From positions 17,794,001 to 17,858,000 of the forward strand of contig OX597836.1 of the NCBI GenBank assembly GCA_951406725.2: a DNA stretch of 64,000 nt, in the 5' to 3' direction. A model generated the notes under the pieces. The model saw only the letters and a list, made by a program, of their open reading frames with translations. It had not been told where the DNA came from and did no database searches. Both the position numbers and the translations under genes were made by a program. Below, piece by piece: positions 29,560 to 43,199 of the stretch (positions are counted from its first letter, which is position 1; each line of letters opens with the position of its first letter). Origin of the DNA: Octopus vulgaris. Taxonomy: Eukaryota.

Positions 29560-30485
29560 ACTAGTTTCAGTACACGAGCAGTGGCCATGCTGGGGCACCG
29601 CCATATGTTGTTGCCACATAATTTTTACTTCACTAATTCTTTTTAGAACGTGACATTTGGTGCATGAGGGAGTTCGAGATCGCTGCCCTAATTTACACTT
29701 CCAGCTGTGAAGTTGGTTCATCTGGTACATTTGACAGTAAGAGATCTAGTTTCGTTTTGAAAGCACTCACATCCACCCCGTGGAAGCATCTCAGGTCCTT
29801 TGGGAGGATATTGAAGATCTGTGAACCTTTAAAGACCAGGCTGTTGCAATATCTTGTCCTATATTATGATGGCAAAGTTGGAGTACTTGGCACTATGTAG
29901 CGGCGCCCCGTTGCAGCGTTAGTGTAACTCTCAACGCGAAAGTTTGGGACAAGTACCTTTAGAATCTTCCAGATGTATATTATGGCATATCTTTGCCGCA
30001 TACGCTCTAGGGAATAGAGTCTCAACCTCCCGAGTCTTTGCCAGTAGCTTATATGCTGCATAAAGGCTATCTTCTTGTAGTTTCGTTGGACCACCTCAAG
30101 TTCTGCAATTGATTTTAGACTGGGTGGTGACCATGGGTAGGAGCAATAGTCAAAGTGGCTTAGGACAAATGTCTTCCAAAGGACCATCATGATTTCCTTA
30201 TCTCTCGTTTAAAAAGTTCTGAGAATCCATCCGGTTAGCCGCCTGCATTTCATTGCCATCTTAGCAATACGCACATGGAAGAAGCCATCATTACTCATGT
30301 AAATGCCCAAGTCTCGCACTGACTTTGTCTCTGGGATTGCAATCCCTCCAGGTTCAGTGCTTTTAACTGGTATTTCATTTAGCTTTCCATGCTGGTAGTA
30401 TAGGGCTTGAAACTTTTCAGCATTAAACTGTGTGCTATTCTTCTTAGCCCACTTGTATATTTCGTCAAACTCACGTTGCATGTGC
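29560..30485 (-). mobile_element. CR1-clade LINE 3' portion including 3' tail
   Basis: YKWAKKN..FNAEKF..VRDLGI..GWILRTF..DYCS.PWSP..LEVVQR..YWQRL..LYSLERMR; tail GGCGGTGCCCCAGCATGGCC..CTGAAACTAG. Confidence 0.9.
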
Positions 30486-30609
30486 ATAGCGTCTACACAC
30501 ACACACACACACACATATACAGAGAGACGCAGACACGTACATTCCAACCCATATACACACTCACACACCCGCATATATATATATATATATATTTGTTTGT
30601 TTTTGTTTT

Positions 30610-30817
30610 TCCAGTTTCAGCTCTTGAGCTGTGGCCATGCTGGGGCACCGCCATTGTGGTGAAAGAGTACACCAGGGATCACCACCCCCTGCCGGAGCCT
30701 CGTAGAGCTTTTAGGTGTTTTCGCTCAATAAACACACACAACGCCCGGTCTGAGAATCGAAACCGCGATCCTGCGACCGCGAGTCCGCTGCCCTAACCAC
30801 TAGGCTATTGCGCCTCC
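30610..30817 (-). mobile_element. Short SINE: B head and body joined directly to a CR1-type tail
   Basis: 30655-30817 matches B; 30610-30652 matches the CR1 tail. Confidence 0.8.
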
Positions 30818-31259
30818 ATATATATATATATATTTAAAAAATCACTCATGTCGTAAATGTATAAGCACATTCACTTACTCAAATATATATATATGTATGT
30901 ATACATATTGGTATATATATCTCGTATAACAACGCCTCTATGTGAAAGAAAATTTTATATAATATAAATCTCGGGCGGATAATGGCACCCCACATTTAAC
31001 AGTTCCAGGAATTGTCGCTTAATGCACAAAAAGGGAAAAAAAAATAATAATGCAACATAATTATGAGAACCGACGTATTTGGTTGAGAGGAGAAAATATG
31101 GTTTTATCATTTTAAAAATCTCAGAATAATTTATTTTGTGAAAGCTGTCTGAATTGGTAATAGGACAAATATTTGATGACGCAATAAGAAAACACACACA
31201 GGTACGTGTGCACACACACACACATACGCATACGCGTGCGCGCACAAACACACAAAACA

Positions 31260-31671
31260 CAGGATCTTTTCGGTTTGAACGGCAGTTTTTAACATAATTT
31301 CTAGGTAACTAAACAATTTTAAACTTCGTATACTGGTAGAATGTGTTTATAAAACATCTTTTTCTCTTGGCTTTATTGAGAAAATTCAATGGTTTGTAAG
31401 ATATTTGTTGTTGTTTTTCCTCAATTTCTGCAATTTCAACCAATCATTGACGTCCATTAAGGTAAAAACATTCTGCGCCGTATGAATATGTCCCTCGTTT
31501 AAGAAACAGATTGGGTTTATTTACATTTGTGAAGAAAAAAAGATATACTTCCCCCACCCATAACCCTAACCATTACTAACCCTAACCCTAAAATAGATTG
31601 AAATGCAATAGATCGATACTAGGGTCATAATTATGGTGACAATTTCATATGACACCGCTAGAAAAAACTGC
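31260..31671. mobile_element. Putative non-autonomous DNA element with internal (TAACCC) motifs
   Basis: GCAGTTTTT (31282-90) / AAAAACTGC (31663-71) inverted ends; telomere-like 31561-31591. Confidence 0.45.
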
Positions 31672-31769
31672 AGCCTGGTAAGAGACAAACAAAAACACAA
31701 ATACACACAAATACTTACTGTATTTGTGTGTGTGCGTGTACAGTCTGTGTGTGTGCGTGTACGGTGTGT

Positions 31770-31990
31770 GTTTTTCTGGGTATATGTTTGTGTGTCTGTG
31801 TTTGTCCGTCCACCATCGCTTGAAAACTGGTGTGTTTATGTCCCCGTAACTTAGCGGTTCGGAAAAAGAGATCGATGGAAGTACTAAGCTTACAAAGAAT
31901 AAGTCTTGGGGCGATTTATTCGAGTAAAAAGGCGGTGGTCTAGCATGGCCACAGTCAAATGACTGAAACAAGTAAAAGAGTAAAGAGTAA
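31770..31990 (+). mobile_element. SINE A 3' half
   Basis: A tail and (AAGAGTA) end. Confidence 0.85.
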
Positions 31991-31993
31991 GAT

Positions 31994-32055
<62 letters not shown>

Positions 32056-32204
32056 ATAAATGTAAAAAAAAACAAAAACTGGGACAAGAACGCAAAACAT
32101 TTAGAAGACGATACCAAAAAAAAAACGGACGGGACATTCGAAGCCTTCGATCTTCAGTCAAGAACCTGATCATCTTCGCAATTTCGGCTGATTAATTTTG
32201 ATAT

Positions 32205-32267
<63 letters not shown>

Positions 32268-32521
32268 ATGTATGTATATATATGTATGTATATATGTATG
32301 TATTTATATACATGTAGGTATTATACACACACTCACATATGTGTATATATGCATACACGTGGCGTACTTTTCCTTTTATTCAAACAACCCAGTGTGTTTA
32401 TGTATGTATCTATGTATGTATATATCTATATCTATATCTCTATCTCTATCTCTATATCTATATCTATATATCTATATCTATATCTATATATCTATATCTA
32501 TATTTATATATCTATATATCT

Positions 32522-32680
<159 letters not shown>

Positions 32681-32995
32681 ATCACACATACATATATTTC
32701 TAGGTATTCCCTTGTTTTTTCGTAATGTCTGCCAAAACGTAAACAGCAACAGAGCCAGAGAAAATATCACACACTGTATTTTGGAATAAGCATGTAATTT
32801 AACTGGAGAAGCAAATTCTCTCTGCCGATTCCTCGGAATTATCTGCCCCTACTTTAAGTGTCACTACCAATTACAGCTTTGCATTTGTGGCTATTTTCCT
32901 TTGTTAAGAGGAAAGTTTCAATCAAGAACGAATGTATTGTGTACGACATTTATTAAAGTACTGTATTCGCTTTAACGCACAGATTCACACACACA

Positions 32996-33045
<50 letters not shown>

Positions 33046-33193
33046 CACACATACATACACACCTACACACACACACACACACCTACACAAACGCCCACCT
33101 GCATTCTAAATGTACATATACATTTATATATATACGTACATATACATCCTTACATAGATGCGTAAACACACGCGCACACACACCAACATCCAT

Positions 33194-33235
<42 letters not shown>

Positions 33236-33282
33236 GCATCCATACATATATACCTACATATACATGTATGGATGTATATACC

Positions 33283-33348
<66 letters not shown>

Positions 33349-33789
33349 TGGTGGATATCATTTATTTATTTTTGAATTAAGGCTACAATTGGTTTATTGT
33401 TGAGAAAAGTAGGAAAATATCCGAGTATCTTAGCCATTTTTCAAGCCCATCACGTCGAGAAAGGTGTGCGCCACAAGTTTAGGAAACAGTCACGCTTAGT
33501 TACCGGATTTTCTCGTAAACTCGCGTGAATAAAAGAATGAATTAATAAATCATGGGACGTTACTGTAGGGTGGCTTCTTTTGGATGTTTGTCTCCCTTGG
33601 ATTTGTCTTTTGGGCGATTTTTTGCCTTGTCAATTTGTCTGTATTTTGTTTTTGTTCTGGATATGGTGTTATTATGCTTGTGTGCTGAGGTGGGTCGTCA
33701 TTGGGGCATATTGCTTCTTTGTGTGAACATTGTGAGCTATGTGTGTTCACGTTGGGGCTGTACTGATGGGGTTACTGTCGCGGATAGTG

Positions 33790-34420
33790 TTTTCTTTCAA
33801 TATTTGAGTGTAAAATATTGCTTGTGCATGCAAGGAAGGAACGTTTCGTCCCTAAAGTTTAAGATGTTACCTGTTGATTGTATCATGCTTAGTTTTTCAG
33901 GAATACAGAGTTCTAATTTGATACCCCATCCTCTATAATTTTTCCTTTAGCAATAATTTAACAATCTATCTGTGGGTTGCTTCACCCTCCTTCTTTCAGT
34001 ATTCATATTATATTTGAGAAGGATGTTGCATGTTTTTGTTTGTTTTTGTCTCTGAATAACGCTATATTTTGTGTATACCTTACCATGAATGAGTTACCCG
34101 TCCTTCCGATATACGTCTTTGCTTTTCCGTTGGGATCCGTAATCTTGGCCTTCTATACGAGATATTTCTCGAGACGATTGTTTAGAAGGCAGTGATTTTG
34201 GGATCTACAGTTGCATTGTCATTCTCGGGTGTTCCTCGTGTGTTTATGTTTATTGTGTTTGAGTATTATTGATCCTATATTGGGGATGCAACTATAGCTA
34301 ACTTTAACAATATTGCTGTTGAAAATCCTGTGGTATTTGTGTGAATGTGGAAAGTGGTTGTGAATGCCGAAAGTGGTTGTCTATTAGTTTTAAGAATTTC
34401 CAAGCTATGTTAGTAGAATT
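33790..34420 (-). mobile_element. Penelope-like element linker and GIY-YIG endonuclease pseudogene
   Basis: TNIAWKFLKLIDNHF..IFNSNIVKVSYSCIPNI..CNCR..LV*KAKIT..KTYIGRT..LNFRDE..CMH. Confidence 0.85.
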
Positions 34421-34439
34421 TTCTACAGTGCCTGTAGAA

Positions 34440-34915
34440 GGTGGTGCTGCCGTGAGTCCAGAATGATGGTTATTGGAAGACCCTATTTCAGGCAACAGGA
34501 CCCTGCACCATGCCACACAAGCAGGAGAATCCAGTCATGCCTATCAAACAATTTCTGCAACCACATCACCCCTAACATCTAGCTAGATTGCAATTTCCTG
34601 ATTGCAACCTAACTCCCCTGATTGCAAACTCCTTGATTATTATGTGTGGAACGCATTTGAACTAGAGACCAGCAAAACTCCTTGCAGCATTAAAGATGAA
34701 CTGAAAGCAAGGATTATGGCAACATTCACCAAGTTAAACAAGGAGACCGTCCCAAAATTCTGAAGTCGTCTGGAGGCCCTGATTGAAACCAATGGCGATT
34801 CTATTGAATAAATTTACTCATTACTATCTTAAGATATATTACTGTAAGTTTGGTGAATATAACTGTTAAAATGAGATGTCAGTGTAAATTTAATTTAATT
34901 TAATAAGATGTCAGT
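34440..34915 (+). mobile_element. DD37D (maT-like) transposase C-terminal remnant
   Basis: QQDPAPCHT..PNSPDCKLLDYYVW..RLEALIETNG; spacing of 37 after removing a small duplication and restoring one residue. Confidence 0.75.
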
Positions 34916-35501
34916 GTTAATTTAATATATATATATATATGATATAAACATACAAAATGGGATAAGACCGCAAAACACCCAGAGAGTTAGGTGATACAAA
35001 AAAGGGATAACAAAACATCCAGAAAGACGATTCAAAGAAAACAAGGACGAGTCATTCGGAGTTTCCTTACCTCAGTCAAGTTCCAGATTATCTTTATACT
35101 CGAGACTGCTCTAATCTGACCAGAAAGGATGAAGAACAAGAGCGGGAGAGAGACAGACAGAGAAGAGATAGTAAAGAAGAAGAGTGCGCATCGTAATTAT
35201 TACGATAAATCTTACTTGGAAAAGAATGCGTGGCGTTATATCCTCATATGCACATATATCTGTATTATGTATGCATTAATGCATACATGCATGCATGTGT
35301 ATGTGTGTGCGCATATTTCTACGCATTGTCTATAATGATATTCCAGGCGTTCTTTTAGATCAAAACAAATCGATTATTTATTCAAAACAAATTTTCGAAA
35401 CTTTAAATTGTTGCTTCATTAAAATTGTTACAATATTTCTCTTCAACGCCTTTCTTTTAGTGTCTACATACATAGAGAATAACACACACACACACACGCA
35501 T

Positions 35502-35545
<44 letters not shown>

Positions 35546-35826
35546 ACACACGCACGCACGCACACACACACACACACGCGCACACACATACACACACACA
35601 TGCTTAGACATAAATACACACGCTCAAACACAAACGTGTGAATAAGGTTAGATATGTACATACGCTGATATACACAAACACATTGTCATATATAATTTAT
35701 ATATATGAAAATGTACATGTTTTTGATATATTTATATATATACATATATATATAGGTTTCTAATATACATATGTGCACATGTACGTATGTATATATACAT
35801 ATATGTATTTATATAATATATATGTA

Positions 35827-35886
<60 letters not shown>

Positions 35887-36072
35887 TAAAATCAGTTATT
35901 CTGGCAAACATTCACATACATACACGTATGTAATGGAGTCTGAAGTGACTGCATTGTTATATATTCCAAGAATATTCACATACGAGGATATTGACATAAA
36001 TTAATTTCTAAATATTTATTGAGACACACTCCCCAAAATTATACACAGATATACGGGAACCTATGTATATTC

Positions 36073-36117
<45 letters not shown>

Positions 36118-36218
36118 TATATACGTGAATACATATTCTCTCTAAATATATACATACATACATGCATACATACACACATACCCACACGCATATATATATA
36201 TATATATTTTTTTTTTTT

Positions 36219-36375
36219 CTAGTTTCAGCTCAGAGCTGCGGCTATGCTGATGCACCGCCGTTTTGTGCTACACTGTTATTGCGAAGAACCTCGTCTAATA
36301 TGTGGCACTTGGTGAAGAATGGAGTTTGATATAGCTACTCTCATTTGCACCTCTTGCCGTGAGGTAGGTTCATCA
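36219..36375 (-). mobile_element. CR1 LINE extreme 3' end
   Basis: Aligns with 29560-29720. Confidence 0.75.
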
Positions 36376-36388
36376 TATATATATCTAT

Positions 36389-36637
36389 CACGTGATCACG
36401 TGACCGACCAGACCATCAGACGTTGTTACACATCGCTGGTCACAATGCGTTTGCATTGTTTTAGCCTTCGAATGACGCCACCCCGCTGGCTAAGCGAGCA
36501 GGCCAACAGAAGAAAGAGTGGGAGAAAGAGTGGTGAAAGAGTACAGCAGGGACCACCACCCCTGCCGGAGCCTCGTGGAGCTTTTTAGGTGTTTTCGACC
36601 GCGAGTCCGCTGCCCTAACCACTAGGCCATTGCGCCT

Positions 36638-36639
<2 letters not shown>
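36389..36639 (-). mobile_element. SINE B body (internally deleted) with a third tail T3
   Basis: 36515-36639 is B-like; 36389-36510 is unrelated to T1 and T2. Confidence 0.75.
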
Positions 36640-36697
<58 letters not shown>

Positions 36698-37135
36698 ACA
36701 TCCGAATAAAATAGAAGGCGTGGTACCGTTAAAATCCAGGTTACATATGTCTCCAAGCTAGCACGTCCTCTGAAGTAAAAATTACATAACGCAGGGTACT
36801 CAGCTCGCTGCTTATTATCAGGCCGAGGACACCTTGATTGTATGAAGGTATTTCAAATTAGTTAAGCGATCTTCGTCCTCATGGGTAACTCACTGAGCAC
36901 GTCACGTTCAGTAATAATTACATCAGAGGTTGTGCTTGCTATCAAGCATATGCTTTCTGGATTTTATCTGTTCCACGTCCTCAAATTCAATTTTTATTCG
37001 CATTCATAGCAACACAAGTTGCTAACTGTGAGCTATACAAAATTTTTCAGCTTATCGAACTTCGATATGGAAAGAGTCTACAAACTTTGACGTCAATAAA
37101 TTAATATTGCTCCTAGTATACATATATATATATAT

Positions 37136-37206
<71 letters not shown>

Positions 37207-37825
37207 GGTGGGTAGATATATATGTGTATATGTTGACACAGATGTATACACACAGGCATGCATATGTACACGGAGGAATGTTTACATAGAGTAAACATAA
37301 TTATACACAGGTTTACACTTATATTTCTACAATATTATATACAATATTATATATAGACTTAATATTTGCTTAACACTCAATCTGTAACATTCTTCTGAAT
37401 ATACATACATAGCTATATATACACACATATATACACAGGTTTTTTAAAAATAATGTATTACTCTACTTTTTCCTTTTCGAGTACTATTTTATGGCATTTA
37501 CGCGGTTGTGTTTATACATCCATACATACATACATACATACATACATACATACATACACATGTATGCTACATGTGATGAAGACGAAAAATTATGTTTTCA
37601 TAACTACATTTCGGAAATGTAAGTTAAATATACGTTTAGTATATTTTTGTTGTTGTAGTTATTTGTGTCATTTTCTTCTCTTTTTCTTTTTTTGCTTTCT
37701 GTATTCTCATTCCTCAACGTATCCTTCTTCCTTCATTCCGTTTATTGTCTGCGTGTGTTACTTACTGTTTCCTGTTACAAAATTGCTTTCATTGCGCCAT
37801 CATTCTTTAGTATTTATATGAATAT

Positions 37826-38200
37826 GAGTGGCTGTGTGGGAAGTAGCTTGTTTGCCAACCACATGGTTCCGGGTTCAGTCCCACTGCGTGGCACCTTGGG
37901 CAAGTGTCTTCTACTATAGCCTCGGGCCGACCAAAGCCTTTTAAAGTGTATTTAGTAGACGGAAACTGAAAGAAGCCCGTCGTATATATGTATATATATG
38001 CGTGTGTGTGTTTGTGTGTGTCTGTGTTTGTCCCCCTCCGCATTGCTTGACAACCGATAGCGGTTCGGCGAAAGAGACCGATAGAATAAGTACTGGGCTT
38101 ACAAAAGAATAAGTCCCGGGGTCGAGTTGGTCGATTAAAGGCGGTGCTCCAGCATGGCCGCAGTCAAATGACTGAAACAAGTAAAAGAGTAAAGAGAGTA
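37826..38200 (+). mobile_element. SINE family A (small internal deletion); an older 5' fragment follows at about 38286-38430
   Basis: Alignment to other A copies. Confidence 0.9.
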
Positions 38201-38205
38201 TATAT

Positions 38206-38248
<43 letters not shown>

Positions 38249-38428
38249 CAAATATATATATATATATAATGTGTGTGTACATATGCAGGAATGTCTGTGT
38301 ACTAAGAGACTTGCCTCTCAACAACACGGTTCCGAGTTCAGTTTTCGACTGCATGGCACCTTCGTCAAGTTTCTTCTACTACAACCTTGTGAGTGGATGT
38401 GGTAGGCGGAAATTGAAAGGAGCCCATC

Positions 38429-38500
<72 letters not shown>

Positions 38501-38534
38501 CAAATGAAATCAAAAACAGAACACAAAAGGATGT

Positions 38535-38627
38535 CGCGGTACACGTGTTTCAAGCTTTATAAATGACCTATTCTTACATCAGTGTATAATCGACATAAAG
38601 GATGGTTTAAAACTCTCTTCAGCCGCA
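38535..38627 (-). ncRNA. Type I hammerhead ribozyme with intact core and palindromic stem III
   Basis: Minus strand UGCGG-CUGAAGA-GAGUUUUA..UAAAGCUU-GAAA-CACGUG-UA-CCGCG. Confidence 0.78.
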
Positions 38628-38789
38628 TGCAATTGTTATTCCAAAGAGTTACATCACACTATGAAAAATCCGAAAGGTACATTTAGTATTATCCATAATG
38701 ATAGGTATATCATGTCTCCCTGAGAGAGTGTATTCGTAAAATTTCATAACCAAATAGGCGTGTATTGTAGCATTGGATTTTCGATACCT

Positions 38790-40130
38790 ACTGAAGACAT
38801 GATGCATCCAACAGAATTTAAGAAAGAAAATCGAGAGTAAAGATTGAAAAACTGAAACGTGAAAGCGATGCATGAACAATAACTTAGAGAAATGGAAGGG
38901 AGAGACAAGACAAACAATTGGAGGGAGTTAAGAAAATATAATTTGAAAGGATTCACTGAGGCATTGATATACAGTTGTCAGGAATAAGCTGTAAGAACTA
39001 ATTACACCAAGTCCTAAATAGATAAGAGTATTGAATCGTCCCTTTGCACGATGTATGTCACAAAATGAGTGTCACATATTGTGAGTGAGTGTAGCAAAGT
39101 GGCTCAACAGGAATATGAAGGCACGATAACGTAGCTATGTATGCTCACTGGATATTTGATATGGCTGAAGCGGGAAGACCGAAAATGGCTTGAAAGTCAT
39201 ACCGTGCCGGCGGGAAATAACATCACTAGGTGAGACAAGCTGACACTGAATCAGCTTCGCTGACTGACAGGTGATGGTCGTTTAGAGAATGCGCGGGCTA
39301 AAACTACGCACCTTCACTAGTCAGTGTCACGTGACAACTTGCTGGGGCTGTCTGCTGGAGCCTAGCGGCAAGTAGTTAAAGGGAAGAATTTGACAAGTCA
39401 GTCCTGTCACCGGCTGATGATACATTGAAGAAGCCAGGGAACAGAAGAAAGAAGACATGCACCCAACACAAGAGCTGAAGACACCTCCGAAAGGGGGGGG
39501 GGAGGCACGCCACGTCAGAATGGTAGAGGAGTAGGAGCCGAAACCGGACGTGGCTCCTCCTGATGATGTCTTCAGCTAACTGGATCTTATAAAGGAGCTG
39601 TTGTGGTAGCAGACCAGGAAACACGGTTGTAATTCCATTCCTCTTCACTGGATATTTGATAAGAAGTATGGTCTTCAACTGAAGTTGGAATGGTAATCAG
39701 CATAAGGCAGAAGGTGTCAATGAGTAGGAGCATCTTATGGGACTTTTACAATGCAGTGTGATATAGTGATTCATGCTCGGAGACAGAGATTGTTGCAGTA
39801 GGCAAAATAATGAAGGAAACAGGATCATAGATATTGCTATACCTGGGGATGTACGAGTGGGGGACAAAGATTTGGAAAAGATTGAGAAGTACAAGCAACT
39901 ACAAGATGTGAATGCGCAAATGAGGGCAATGAAGAAAGTAACTGTCATCCCAGTATTTGTATGTGTCCCGGGAGAATTACCAACCGAGTTTTAGAAATGC
40001 TTTGGAGAAATTGAGATTGACATGAGAATAGAACATGTTCAGAAATCTGCTTTATTGGGGAGAACGAGGGTTTTGAGACTGGTACTTTGATTTTAAGTAT
40101 CGTGGAAAGAGAACCTGTGGGATCCTTGAC
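38790..40130 (+). mobile_element. R4/Dong LINE C-terminal remnant (CCHC region and restriction-like endonuclease), split by a 483-bp insert
   Basis: KAMHEQ..LKGFTEALI..RTNY..SHIVSECSK..HDNVA; IIDIAIPGD..KIEKYKQL..VIPV..VQKSALLG. Confidence 0.85.
39162..39644. mobile_element. 483-bp GC-richer structured retro-insert of unknown class
   Basis: 17-bp TSD TCACTGGATATTTGATA at 39145-39161 and 39645-39661. Confidence 0.85.
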
Positions 40131-40269
40131 AGTACTCTTTTACTCTTTTACTCTTTTACTTGTTTCAGTCATTTGACTGTGGCCATGCTGGAGCACCGCC
40201 CCGCTCTTTCTAAACTAACGGAAGCATGTGAAATTGAGATCTCTGGCAAGTGAAATGTACAACAAGAAC

Positions 40270-40343
40270 AACAATAATAGTAGTAGTAGTAATGATAATA
40301 ATAATAATAATAATAATGATGATGATAATAATAATAATAATAA

Positions 40344-40388
<45 letters not shown>

Positions 40389-40434
40389 TATGATGATGAT
40401 GATGATGATGATAATAATAATAATAATAATAATA

Positions 40435-40493
<59 letters not shown>

Positions 40494-40506
40494 AATAATA
40501 ATAATG

Positions 40507-40550
<44 letters not shown>

Positions 40551-40587
40551 TATAATAATAATAATTATAATGATGATGATGATGATG

Positions 40588-40685
<98 letters not shown>

Positions 40686-40695
40686 AATAATGATG

Positions 40696-40732
<37 letters not shown>

Positions 40733-40775
40733 TAATAATAATAATAATAATAATAATGATAATAATAATAATAAT
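40270..40775. repeat. (TAA)n/(TGA)n compound microsatellite
   Basis: Direct reading. Confidence 0.95.
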
Positions 40776-41851
40776 GTCTATATTAATTATAATAGATGTA
40801 TCAACTACAGACGAATATAACAAGGTAAGCGGCAAAAGAAGTTAAACATAAAATGTAGATTATTTTGTTAAACTTTATAATTTTCTCGCTTCAGGAAATC
40901 CCGAACAAATTTGTTGGGTTTTTGTTAAAATAAATAACTCTTTGAAGTGATCCAAGTATTGTTACAGCTGAACGTTCATTAATATCGGTAATTTGAGTTT
41001 CTCGTCTCTCTAAGTGGAAATTCTGGATGTTTGAACTTTTCCTGTAAATCGTCTCAGTTTGTTGAACAATGCTATGATGTCCGCAATTCTTACTGATGTA
41101 CCAAAAATAAAATAAAAAGAAAAAAGAAAACAAGAATCATAATAATTAAGAAGAAATTGCTGGGTCATGTTCTGTTATCTCTCTTTGCAGCACTTTTGAC
41201 TCGTCCGTTTTATCTTACATAAGATGTTCATCTGAACATTCTAGACCGAACATAATTACCTCGTTAAACGTCGAGGAAGTTGAAAAATCATTGAAGATGA
41301 AATCAGCAAATCAGAAGAATCACCAATGAATTACAGAGTATTTCCCAACCTACAAGGCTTCGAGAAAATGATAAGGCATCTCACCTGAGATGATAAAAAT
41401 CTGTACATGAAATTACAATAGCGTTCTAAAAATATTGCTCTCTTACGTGGCGTAAGATGAAGAAAAATAATTGCTGCAACAACAGCAACGACGCGATGAA
41501 TATTAATGCAAAAATCATCGAAGACAAGTTTTGCTCAAACGTTGTTTTGTTTTTGCATCGTTGGACATGAGATTGAATTAATCAAGGAAAAATTGCAGCA
41601 TATAATAGTAAGCTGCCAAACACATGTTGGGATTAGATGAGTCGCGCTTGCGCGCATGTACGTATAAGTGTGTGTGTGTCTGTGTGAATGCGAGTGCGTG
41701 TGTGTATATGCATATATTTGTCCATATGTATATATATGCATATATATATATATGTATATATATGTATGTAGGTATATGTATATATATATATATATATAAA
41801 CGTATATCTATAGGTGTATACAGGTCTGTCTATCTATCCATCCATCCATCC

Positions 41852-41914
<63 letters not shown>

Positions 41915-41951
41915 CATCCATCCATCCATCCATCCATCCATCCATCCATCC

Positions 41952-42003
<52 letters not shown>

Positions 42004-42499
42004 ATATACATGTATGTATATGTGTCTGTGTATATATATGTGTGTGTGTATATATATATTTATATACACTAGCGAAACTCGTGAATATTTAACGAATTAA
42101 TGGCAAACCTACTGGGTTATTTCTGAAAACTTTATCCAAAAGCTGGAAAGCGTAGCCTGTATTGTGTCTCTATGGAGTAAACAGTCGCTCATCTGGTATT
42201 CATTGAAAATTGAATGAAATTGGAATTCGATGATTAGTTAATGCGCTTTATATATACACTTTCTATACTTTATGCACAATTTTATAGACTTAATACACAG
42301 CACTCATAAAATAAATATTCACTCTTATTTTTCCACTTCCCCCATAAACAAACAAAAAATATCCTGCACATATGATACAACCTTAAGTTAAACTGCATAT
42401 ATCTGCCACGTAACTAAGCGTGAATATTTCACGGAATTGCTCTTATGCATACATGTTAAGTAATAAGTGATATAAAAAGAAATTAGTTCAATTTAGAAA

Positions 42500-42777
42500 C
42501 TACACAGCTCGTGAAATAAACCTGCAAATGGCTGAGCATTTTACAAACATGCGTGCTCTTCTCCCGGTTTTCAGAGAGATTCAGCGTGACAAGGCTGAAT
42601 AACATGTACAAACCGTTTTTGGCTGAATAACATGTACAAACCGTTTTTGCCAGCTGAGTGAACTGGACCAACGCGAAATAAAGTGTGTTGCCCAATGATA
42701 CAACGCGCCGCCGGGAATCGAACACCGGACTCTACAATCGTCAGCCGAATACCCTAACCACTAAATCATGCGCCTTC
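42500..42777 (-). mobile_element. Degenerate V-like/T1 SINE with an internal short tandem duplication
   Basis: Similar to 26380; GGCTGAATAACATGTACAAACCGTTTT occurs twice. Confidence 0.75.
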
Positions 42778-42838
42778 ATAAGTATTTGCCTTACATACAT
42801 ATATAAATACCTACACACAAACACACACACACATATAT

Positions 42839-43047
42839 ATATTTGGAGAGGAGATTTTTTTCTCAAAGAGTTAAGATTGAGAAAAGATACTTTTTAGAAA
42901 GTCGATACTAACCTTTGGGAAGAGATTTCATAAAATGTGCGTGGGCTTTGCTTTTAAAGTCAACATACATTTTGTAAAATCTATTCCCAAAGGTTAATGT
43001 CTTTTGTCAATCTAAAATTTTGAGAAATAATTCTTCTCTCCAAATAT
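42839..43047. repeat. About 210-bp imperfect palindrome (foldback/MITE)
   Basis: ATATTTGGAGAG..TAACCTTTGGGAA..AAAATGT / ACATTTT..TTCCCAAAGGTTA..CTCTCCAAATAT. Confidence 0.85.
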
Positions 43048-43088
43048 TATAACTGTATCAAGGAATTTCCCAAACACTCATATATATA

Positions 43089-43123
<35 letters not shown>

Positions 43124-43199
43124 CATATATATATAAATTTCTAAATCTCTCAGAGAGATATGTACGGTGGTGGGGCGACAACCATTCTATATATATATT

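Noticed and set aside
31561-31591. True telomere or chromosome fusion site
   Set aside because: Only 3-4 imperfect units embedded in other sequence
32130-32165. Minus-strand CUGAAGA..GAAU-GUC motif, with relatives near 10010 and 35060
   Set aside because: GAAA and stem I are missing, and the core is not conserved among the three copies
33380-33440. Possible hammerhead downstream of the 33790 Penelope remnant (also 10340-10380)
   Set aside because: Several core changes are needed; cannot be distinguished from chance
39162-39644. Telomerase RNA, RNase MRP/P or HDV-like ribozyme identity for the insert
   Set aside because: No CUAACCCU template; GAAAGUC/GGGCU similarity is too weak; no P3/L3/P1.1 elements could be fitted
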